NCBI RefSeq assembly: GCF_006345805.1
Contig: NW_021828169.1
Coordinates: 1-8,988 of the forward strand
Length of the DNA stretch: 8,988 bases
Direction of reading: 5' to 3'
Source: Octopus sinensis
Taxonomy: Eukaryota
The notes beneath the pieces are model-generated. The model worked only from the letters and a program-made list of their open reading frames with translations, had not been told where the DNA came from and did no database searches. Made by a program: the position numbers and the translations under genes. Below, piece by piece: positions 1 through 8,174 of the stretch (positions are counted from its first letter, which is position 1; every line of letters begins with the position of its first letter).

Positions 1-334
1 ATATATATGCATATATATTATATATGCATACATATTATATATGTATGCACATATAATATGCATACATATATCTATATAATATGTATGCATGTTTATATGA
101 AATAAACATGAAATATATACCCTCACCGAAGCAAATATTTCTATCTCGGCTACAACTATGTATGTATGTATGTATATATGTATGTATGGATGTATGGATG
201 TATGTATATGCGTACATGCATGTATATATATGTGTACATACACACATCTACACGCATATACTTTAGCATGTATATATAATATATATTAGTATATAAAATT
301 TGTATATATGTATATAAACAGATATGTAGACATA

Positions 335-369
<35 letters not shown>

Positions 370-420
370 TTTGTATATGTCGTGTGTACATAATACATAT
401 ATACATATATATATATATAT

Positions 421-451
<31 letters not shown>

Positions 452-452
452 A
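1..452. repeat. Degenerate (TA)n/(TATG)n low-complexity tract
   Basis: Almost entirely alternating TA/TG/CA dinucleotides, with purer (TA)n runs at about 338-365 and 405-451. Confidence 0.95.
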
Positions 453-619
453 TACAAGATGGGGGGGTAGTAATATTATTTACTACCAGGTGCCCAGCAC
501 AAAAGACGAATTAGTCATAAGACAAAATATTATTCATGTAGTAATACAATTAAGGGCCCCTAAATTAGGATGCCGAGTGTTGGGAACATCCCCTTTTTGT
601 GTTCCCAACACTCGGCATC
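453..619. mobile_element. Putative short non-autonomous element inserted in TA microsatellite, ending in a fold-back
   Basis: About 170 bp of unique sequence bounded on both sides by TA-rich repeat. It contains an 8-bp hairpin (GGTAGTAA/TTACTACC, 466-487) and the 20-bp inverted repeat. Element status is inference. Confidence 0.35.
569..619. repeat. Perfect 20-bp inverted repeat with 11-nt loop
   Basis: GATGCCGAGTGTTGGGAACA (569-588) is the exact reverse complement of TGTTCCCAACACTCGGCATC (600-619); loop TCCCCTTTTTG. Confidence 0.97.
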
Positions 620-764
620 ATATAGATATATAGATATATATATATACATAATTATATGTATATATATATGTGTGTGTGTGTGTGGTGTGTGTGTGGTGTG
701 TGGGTGTGTATACACCACACATAGCATATATATATGGAGTATATGTATAATACCATATATGTAT
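620..764. repeat. Mixed (TA)n/(TG)n low-complexity tract
   Basis: Alternating dinucleotide runs seen directly. Confidence 0.9.
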
Positions 765-1002
765 ATTCTTTTCTTTTTTATTTGTTTCAGTCGTTTTGAC
801 TGCGGCCATGCTGGAGCTCCATCTTTAGCCGAACAAATTTACCCTAGGTTTTATTCTTTGTAAACCTATTACTTATCCTATCGGTTCTTTTGCCGAACTG
901 CTAAGTTACAGGGACGCAAACACATCAACATCGCATCGATTGTCAAGCGATGGTGGGAGGACGAACACTGAAATACGGACATATATACACACACGCTCGC
1001 GT

Positions 1003-1053
<51 letters not shown>

Positions 1054-1263
1054 CACACACACACACACACATACACATATATATATATATATATATACGA
1101 TGGGCCTCTTTCAGTTTCCGTCTACCAAATCCACTCAAAAGGCTTTAGTCGACCCGAGGCTATAGTAGGAGACACTTGCCCAAGGTGTCACGCTGTGGGA
1201 CTGAACCCGGAACCATGTGGTTGGTAAGTAAGCTACTTACCACACAGCTATTCCTGTCCCTAT
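765..1263 (-). mobile_element. tRNA-derived SINE (CORE-like, octopus OR-type by recall) with internal microsatellite
   Basis: Minus strand shows A-box-like TAGCTGTGTGG (1250-1240), B-box-like GGTTCAGTCCC (1207-1197), then CACCTTGGGCAAGTGTC (1187-1171), similar to the CORE/MIR motif. A (TA)/(TG) tract follows, then a ~210-bp 3' body ending in an A-rich tail near 765. The family assignment is from memory, not a search. Confidence 0.8.
981..1097. repeat. (CA)n/(TA)n microsatellite inside the SINE
   Basis: Direct observation of CA and TA runs. Confidence 0.97.
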
Positions 1264-1283
1264 GAGCCTCTCGTGTATGTATG

Positions 1284-1593
<310 letters not shown>

Positions 1594-1689
1594 CTCAAAA
1601 TATGTTTGAGTTTTTTTAGGAAGTAGCGACCTTCTTAAACTGTTACGTTCAAACATTAAATAAATAATTCTGAAAACAGGATATATTTT

Positions 1690-2012
1690 GGAGATGTATC
1701 ATCTTTATAGACACACTTTTTCGGCTCACAATCGTAATGTCGTGAGGGCGATCTTCGGAGGCGTGTTATGTCTTTCAAGAAGATGCTTTATATCAGGTTG
1801 CTGCAGTACACTCAGCTAGCAAGTATGAGTTGTACCTGCAGTTCAAAGAACCAGCTTTGTCAAATCCTGTGTCACGTTAAATTTCCCCGAGAACTGTGTT
1901 AAGGACACGAGTGTCTGTGGAGTGATCAGCCAACTGCACGTTCATTTCACGAGTTGATTGTTCCATTGATTTGATTAACTGGAATGCTTATCGTCGTGAC
2001 CGACGGAGTGCA
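1690..2012 (+). mobile_element. Diverged tRNA-derived SINE copy
   Basis: Head has the CTCAC...GTGAG stem (1725-1747) and a decayed B-box region. The body (GTTGTACCTG...CCCCGAGAACT...GTGTCTGTGGAGTG...TCGTCGTGACCGACGGAGTGC) resembles an abundant octopus SINE as I recall it. The segment is GC-richer than its flanks. The 5' boundary is approximate. Confidence 0.6.
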
Positions 2013-2519
2013 ATTTGTTTCAAAAATAGCATTTAAAAATTTTTTGGTATTTAATACATGCTTCAAAAAGTGAACATATATATGCATATTAAAACACATT
2101 AGTGGGACCCGTGAATATTTCACGGAATTAATAATAAACCTATTGGGTTATTTCTGAAAACTTTATCCAGAAAACCTGAAAGCGTAGCCTGTGTTGTGTC
2201 TGTATGGAAAGATAGTCACTCATCTGCTATTCATTGACAAGTGAAAGAAATCGGAATACGATGATTACTTAATGCACTTTATATCCTGTGTACACAATTT
2301 TATACACAGCACTCATCAAATATCTCTTATTTTCCCATTTTCCCCATAAACAAACAAAGAAATAACCCGTACATATGATACAACCTTTAGTTAAATTACA
2401 TATATCTGCCACTAAATAAGTATGAATATTTCATGGAATTGCACTTATGTGCGTGCGTTGAATGATAGGTGATATAAAAACAGTTCAATTAAAAAAATAG
2501 ACCCTTTTCGCTGTCCAAT

Positions 2520-2915
2520 CACCACCACCATCACCACCACCGGCATCATTATCTGTCTCCTCCATTTTTCTCTCCCTCTCTCTGTCTTTCTTTATCCTCA
2601 CTATCAGAACATCACTCCCCTTCTAAAATTATATTTTTAACTTTCCTCCTCTACTTTCAGCTAACTTTTTTAACTACGTAATAAATATTACGTTCCCCTA
2701 CCTTACAGCATAGACGCTTCTCTCTCCCTCTTTTTCTTTCTCCCTCTTTCAGTCTCACTCATCACCTTATCCTCTTTTTCTCTCTCCTTTTTCTTTCTCC
2801 TCTCTTACCCTTCAACTTATCAAGTGAAAGCTTTACCGACGGGTTAAGTAACGCAATGACAAGCAGATTTTTTATAAGATTCTCTTTCACTCTCTCTTTT
2901 CTCTTTTCATTTCAG
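2520..2915. repeat. Pyrimidine-rich (CT-rich) low-complexity region
   Basis: (ACC)n start followed by long CT/CTT-rich stretches with strong strand asymmetry. Confidence 0.8.
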
Positions 2916-3636
2916 TTTCATAAAGATTGAATTGAAATGAATTTCATTTCAACGACCTTCGAATCTCTCTTCTCGCAACTTATTATATTGTATACTGAAA
3001 TTATTAATCTTGAAATATGAAATTACTTACAGTTTCTTCCTTAGAGGCATGAAATATTAAGATTCACTAATGAAAATAAGATTCCAAGATCGCATCCAAG
3101 AGTAATTTTGATCCTATTAATTCATATTGGTGTGTAGTGTTTGGTAGAAGAAAAGTAATTTTTTTCTATTTATTCTAATCTCTTGTGGTAAATTTTGTTT
3201 TCTTTCTCTATTGACAAAGAATTTTTTCATAACAAAAGTCTTTATTTGAGCTCGAAAAGATGGATTGATTAAAAGAAAAGAAGTATAAAAATCAAATTAT
3301 TGAAAAATTAAGGCGAACTTTTGTTGTCGTTCATTGTTCTATATAATTTTTTCATTCGAAATTTTGAAAATCGATGTATGTTTATTATCCGTGTGCTGTA
3401 TGTGAGAGCGTGTTACTAAAGTGTGGAGGTGTGTGTGTGTATCCATGTGTTTTCGTGTACACAGTAGTTCTTTAGCTAGAAGGCAGACCTACCCCCATCC
3501 TAGGAGTATTGCAGAGATGGTAAATGTAAATGTGGTACTTTGGCTGTTTAGAGAGGGTCATGATTTCCATAGAAATAATATATTTAAACTATGTACAATA
3601 TTTATATTTTAAATAAATTTTCAAAGCAATCTTCTT

Positions 3637-3834
3637 TGGGATAAAAATAAGAATACGATATTATCTGTAATCGGTGAAAATGACTGATAATGCACCAAGT
3701 TCCAATGCAATTTCACTTTTTTTTTTAACATATAGGACATCAGAGGAAAAGTTCAGAGATTGCTTTATATTGATCATAACTTATGCAATACAGTATTTAA
3801 GGAACAAGAATCGTAACAGCAAATAAACTATTCC
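3637..3834 (+). repeat. Diverged ~198-bp direct repeat, copy 1
   Basis: Aligns with 4368-4565. The core 3745-3814 matches 4471-4540 at 62/70 positions, including an identical 19-mer ATAACTTATGCAATACAGT. Both copies start TGGGATAAAAA and end GCAAATAAACTATTCC. Confidence 0.95.
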
Positions 3835-4367
3835 ATCTTGTTTTGGTTTCATTGATTAATTGTAATTTAATGATGATATTCCTCTTTAACATATTCTGAA
3901 GTGTTAAATTTATTCGTAGAGACCTACGAAATAAACTAACAATTGTTCTCACTGTTTTAATAACATCGGCAATGGTTAAACTTTCTGCAGTAACTGCTGG
4001 ATCAATAATTTCTTATCATCCTCAAGTGTATATTCAATCTTATCACTACAAGGGACGCTACTTAAATTAACTTCATCAAAATTTTTATCAGTTTTCTTGT
4101 AAAGAATAGCTTAAACAGTTAAATGAAGTCAAATGAAGTCCACGAACGTAAAATATTTTATATTTGCAATTAATATCCTTACCAAATTTTACCATAACAC
4201 TTATTTCATTAGTTTCGACTATTAAGGTTAAAACCAAACACTTTTGTTTCTAAAAGTTCAAAACAAAACTGTTTTCAGTAGATAAACTTACATAAATTAT
4301 GATTATTCCTATATTGCTAAATTTATCAAATGAATCAATATTCACATTCATACATATTAAGAAATAA

Positions 4368-4565
4368 TGGGATAAAAAATAAGAGTAGGGTATTATCCGT
4401 AAGCGATGAAAATTATTGATAATACACGAAGTTCCAGCACGAATTCGTTTTTAACATAGAAAGCACCGAAGGAAAAATTGAGAGATTACATTATATTGAT
4501 TATAACTTATGCAATACAGTTTTTAGAGAACAAGAATCGTTCTACTATAGCAAATAAACTATTCC
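4368..4565 (+). repeat. Diverged ~198-bp direct repeat, copy 2
   Basis: Aligns with 3637-3834 at an offset of about 730 bp. Confidence 0.95.
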
Positions 4566-5653
4566 TTACTAAATTTTCTCACACTCCCTGTTATTTCATT
4601 AATTATTTTTTCGGAATCAGATTAATGTTAAATAACATGCGTTAATTGAGAACTAATCTTTCCTAAAACCAAGTCTTTTATACAAGTTTCCCAAGATAAA
4701 CACTTTTAGCTATTACATTCATACTAATAGCAACTAATTTAGATATTATTTTCTTTGGTTTCAATCTATTGTTCCTGGAAAATAGCTTGATTCTTTTCGA
4801 AGGGGCCCAAACGATATTTAAATGGTGTCTGCTTAATTACCTAAACACTTTAAAACTGACTTGTAATTTACAAATATATTCTAGATAATACGGTCGTGAA
4901 TTTTCAGGGGATAGAATACAATCCCAAGAATTCTCGATGGTATTGACGACACTTTAACCAAATTTTTCAGGAATTCAGAACCTGGGAATCATGAAAGAGA
5001 CGCCCCAATATGAAAAGAAAACATGTAACTCTCACATTGCACCCATAAATTGAAAAATACAGCGTGTTAAAATAGGTGAAAACTAGGACGTTTTTGTACG
5101 AGAATATAATGTTACTTCAGCAGTTTATGACATTTATGAACAAAAGGACTAGTTAATGTAATTTATGGCGAATTCAAAAACATTTGAGGACTAAATTGCA
5201 GCAAACATTAAAAGAGATTGAAATTATCAGAACCACATACAAAGTTATTTAAGTAGTTTAGAGCAAAGCAACCTGACAGTTTGCTGATTTCAGGACCAAT
5301 TATCACTGCAAACGCCAAGTAATTACACTAAGATAACAGTGTCGCAGCGACTTATAAACTTATGGTGGAATGACTGAAAAGCTTTAACATACGAGTGGTA
5401 TTCGTAAACTCAATTTGTCCGCTGAAAAAAACTAGTAAACATTGAAATTACTGAAAAATAGGTTATATATTTGAGATAATATAGTTAAAAAAATGTGATT
5501 TAATTGTTGTTTTTAACAATGAATTCCAATACACCGGCATATCAGATAATTCAACACTGCTTAAGTTCCAAGAGGAAGTGGAAGTTCTGTACTTAAATTA
5601 ATAGTTCTAATATATTTTTTAAGGAGTTTATTTTGGCACACGAGAAAACAGTT

Positions 5654-5836
5654 TATATATATACACACACATACATACATACATACATTTTATATTATAT
5701 ATATATATATATATATATAATATAATATATATATATATATAATATATATATATATATATTATATATATATATATATATGTATTATATATATATGCATATA
5801 TATATATATATATTGTATATATGTATATATATATGC

Positions 5837-5871
<35 letters not shown>

Positions 5872-5953
5872 ATATATATATAATATATATATTCATATAT
5901 ATATATATATATATGTATATAATATATATATATATAATATATATATATATATA
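5654..5953. repeat. Long imperfect (TA)n microsatellite
   Basis: About 300 bp of TA with occasional CA/TG interruptions. Confidence 0.98.
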
Positions 5954-5970
5954 AATTGTAAGTTATACGC

Positions 5971-6015
5971 AGTAATTCACAAATCCATTTATGATTAATG
6001 GATTTGTGAACTACT
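5971..6015. repeat. 19-bp inverted repeat (1 mismatch), 7-nt loop
   Basis: AGTAATTCACAAATCCATT (5971-5989) pairs with AATGGATTTGTGAACTACT (5997-6015); the inner 14 bp are perfect. Confidence 0.93.
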
Positions 6016-6098
6016 ATAAATGCATGTGCCATACCAATTTCATCCTGCCACACACAGTAACGAACTGTACATTTTATAACATTGTAACGTTTTATGTA

Positions 6099-6200
6099 AC
6101 CTGATGAGGTTTCTTCTTCACTGTGGGGTGCATTCGATTCTATTACATCGTTTCCCACCCACTGGAGAGCAGTGCAGATGTAAGCCGAAACGATCGTCGT
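6099..6200 (+). ncRNA. Type I hammerhead ribozyme motif (minimal palindromic stem III, enlarged stem II)
   Basis: CTGATGA at 6101-6107; stem II GGTTT (6108-6112)/AAGCC (6182-6186); GAAA at 6187-6190. Stem III is A-U plus C-G closing GATC (CGATCG is palindromic). Cleavage triplet GTC at 6196-6198. Stem I is weak (2 clear bp), so activity is uncertain. Confidence 0.7.
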
Positions 6201-6429
6201 GCTAATTAAAGCTTACTGTACACTCTGTCTTCCCTATCACTCATTTAAAATATATTAAACGTGCAGCGAAGAATTCCTTACGTAGATCCTGCGACGAAAG
6301 TGCAATACCTGGATGACACCTGGTAGCCGTAAACGGAGAACGTGCTCTCTAGGCACACACTACTAGGGACAAGGTTTAGATACTACATTTTAACATCTTC
6401 TATCTAAACTTTAATTTTAAGTATGACCT

Positions 6430-6432
6430 ATT

Positions 6433-6463
<31 letters not shown>

Positions 6464-6590
6464 ATGAATGTATATATGTATGCATGTATATATATGTATG
6501 TATGCATGTATATATATATGTATGTATATATGTGTGTCTTTGTGTCAATGTTGGTCATTTAGCATCCTCGTAACATAACGGTTTGGCCCG
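6430..6590 (+). mobile_element. Decayed fragment of the same SINE family as 765-1263, in the opposite orientation
   Basis: 6548-6587 matches the reverse complement of 892-931 at 28/40 positions without gaps. It is likewise preceded by a TA/TG microsatellite. Confidence 0.5.
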
Positions 6591-6603
6591 TGAAAGGTTT
6601 TTA

Positions 6604-6607
<4 letters not shown>

Positions 6608-6649
<42 letters not shown>

Positions 6650-6775
6650 TACAATAAGGGTTTAGCAACGAGTTGCCTTACCACATACCATATATATATA
6701 TATATATATATATATACTGTTCAGTATTTACGCGTTGAAAATATATCTTTCTACTTATATATATATATATATATA
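6608..6775. repeat. Three (TA)n runs separated by two ~40-bp unique segments
   Basis: TA runs at 6608-6648, 6690-6716 and 6756-6775; unique segments at 6649-6689 (41 bp) and 6717-6755 (39 bp). Confidence 0.9.
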
Positions 6776-6884
6776 CTTCGAAACTAATTTCTGTGTGGCA
6801 GTGTGTCATACTTTGATCCCCTCTCTCACTATTCAATGACATTCCTACTATTCCTCATGATGGTGTGAGAGTAATAGTAAGCAT

Positions 6885-7050
6885 AGAGACGGTGGGGGCA
6901 GTGGCGGAGACAGACACAGAGAGAAAGAAAAAGAGAGGGAGAGAAAGAGAGACAAAGAAATTTAGGGAGAGTTGATGATGTTTTATTAAAAGCTGTAGTG
7001 TTGATGGCAGCAGTGGGAGTAGTAATAAAAGAGAGAAAGAGGGAAATGAT
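6885..7050. repeat. Purine-rich (GA-rich) low-complexity region
   Basis: GAGA/GAAA-rich runs, compositionally the mirror of 2520-2915. No base-level homology was established. Confidence 0.75.
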
Positions 7051-7120
7051 GTACAACTTTGTTTAACCATGTCTCTTTGACAGAAAGAGACACTGGACAC
7101 TATAATTTTTGTTTTCTTTA

Positions 7121-7162
7121 ATACACACACATATACATACATACACACACACACACACAAAC

Positions 7163-7189
<27 letters not shown>
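7121..7189. repeat. (CA)n/(TA)n microsatellite
   Basis: Direct observation; it abuts the long inverted repeat. Confidence 0.95.
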
Positions 7190-7193
<4 letters not shown>

Positions 7194-7341
7194 ATGTTAC
7201 ATTACTCGGTAGTCAAGATAAAACTCTGAGTTTCAGATGCCGAAGTGGAAATCCACAAAGAGATGGTGTTGTGGATTTCCACTTCGGCATCTGAAACTCA
7301 GAGTTTTATCTTGACTACCGAGTAATGTAACATATTGTATA
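7186..7341. repeat. Perfect 73-bp inverted repeat with 10-nt loop
   Basis: 7186-7258 is the exact reverse complement of 7269-7341, checked base by base; loop AGAGATGGTG (7259-7268). Confidence 0.99.
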
Positions 7342-7409
7342 GATAAATTTCCTCTATTTACATAATATTGAGGTCTCTTTCTTTCTTTTGTTATCTTACC
7401 GTTTTATCA

Positions 7410-7410
7410 A

Positions 7411-7452
<42 letters not shown>

Positions 7453-7469
7453 ATATTATATTATATATA
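7410..7469. repeat. (TA)n microsatellite
   Basis: Direct observation. Confidence 0.95.
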
Positions 7470-7556
7470 ATGCACTTCAGTTGAAATAAAGTTTCCCCCC
7501 AAATTAAACATAACTAACGTAATAAATGTGAATAACTGTGTCACTTTTTCATCTTT

Positions 7557-7781
7557 AATAAATTCTTTCTACTGGAATCACAAGGCCTCAAATTTTGGGC
7601 GAGGCGATTAAGTCGATTACATCGACCCCAATACGTAACTGGAACTAATGTTATCGACCCCGAAAGGATGAAACGCAAAGTCGACCTCGGCGGAATTCGA
7701 ACTCAAAACCTAACGGCAGACGGAATACCGTTAAGCATTTCGCCCGGCGTGCTAACGATTTTGCTAACTTGATTCTGCCTT
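7557..7781 (-). mobile_element. tRNA-derived SINE with Deu/Nin-like core (by recall)
   Basis: Minus strand shows B-box-like GAGTTCGAATTCC (7704-7692), then GAGGTCGACTTTGCGTTTCATCCTTTCGGGGTCGATAA (7688-7651), resembling the CCTTYCATCCTTYCG.GGTCG.TAA core of Deu/Nin SINEs. The 3' end reads CAAAATTTGAGGCCTTGTG...GTAGAAAGAATT. Confidence 0.8.
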
Positions 7782-8174
7782 AATATAATATAATAATATA
7801 GTATAATATAATAAATGTGAATGTCAGTGTGTTACACTTTTCGACTTTACTCCTAGAGGCCGTAGCCCAATATATCATACCATTATGGAATCTGGCTGAC
7901 TCCGTGAGTAAATTATAATAATTCTGGGCCGAATCCGTACCCACAATCCTGAAAGTTTGGATTCCCAGGTTTTCATTATTGTGATTGTTTTCAGCGAATT
8001 TTTTACGTGACTTTATGTAAAGCAATTACTAATGCATTTAAAAATAAAACAATAAAAAGTGTATAAACATTTATAGAAATATAATTATTCTAATTATATG
8101 GAACTTTAATTAGTATGACATGTCTTGTTTGCACATCTTTCTCGCTATTTTCATTAAAAAGTTTGAAGTTGATA

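Larger units (their letters stand above)
5954..6430 (+). mobile_element. Putative Penelope-like (PLE) pseudo-LTR or retrozyme-like fragment
   Basis: GC-richer unique block between TA-rich tracts. It contains a 19-bp inverted repeat and a type I hammerhead core followed by AATTAAA (6204-6210). PLE pseudo-LTRs are known to carry minimal hammerheads. No RT or GIY-YIG ORF is visible, so the assignment is inference. Confidence 0.45.

Noticed and set aside
1190-1263. tRNA gene (also considered at 1690-1760 and 7690-7781)
   Set aside because: A/B-box-like motifs are present but no complete cloverleaf; each continues into SINE body sequence.
3680-3826. 48-aa ATG-initiated ORF in direct repeat copy 1
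   Set aside because: The ATG is absent and the frame has a stop in copy 2; the putative splice acceptors are not at homologous positions in the two copies.
4121-4140. Perfect 10-bp tandem duplication AAATGAAGTC x2
   Set aside because: Real but an ordinary slippage-type duplication, with no further structure.
6309-6345. Second hammerhead-like echo CTGGATGA...CCGTAAAC
   Set aside because: Each core half has an extra base, there is no convincing stem II, and no NUH site is correctly placed.
6608-6775. CRISPR-like repeat-spacer appearance
   Set aside because: The repeats are variable-length (TA)n runs, the context is eukaryotic, there are only two spacers, and no cas genes are present.
5628-7294. 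ORFs 5628..6158, 5777..5998, 6590..6787, 6829..7056, 6855..7160 and 7109..7294
   Set aside because: They are open mainly because they cross (TA)n, (CA)n or GA-rich tracts; no recognisable domain.
7780-8025. 81-aa minus-strand ORF with protein-like middle (ENLGIQTFRIVGTDSAQNYYNLLTESARFHNG)
   Set aside because: No recognisable family, it ends in AT-rich low-complexity sequence, and it probably overlaps the non-coding end of the hAT element.
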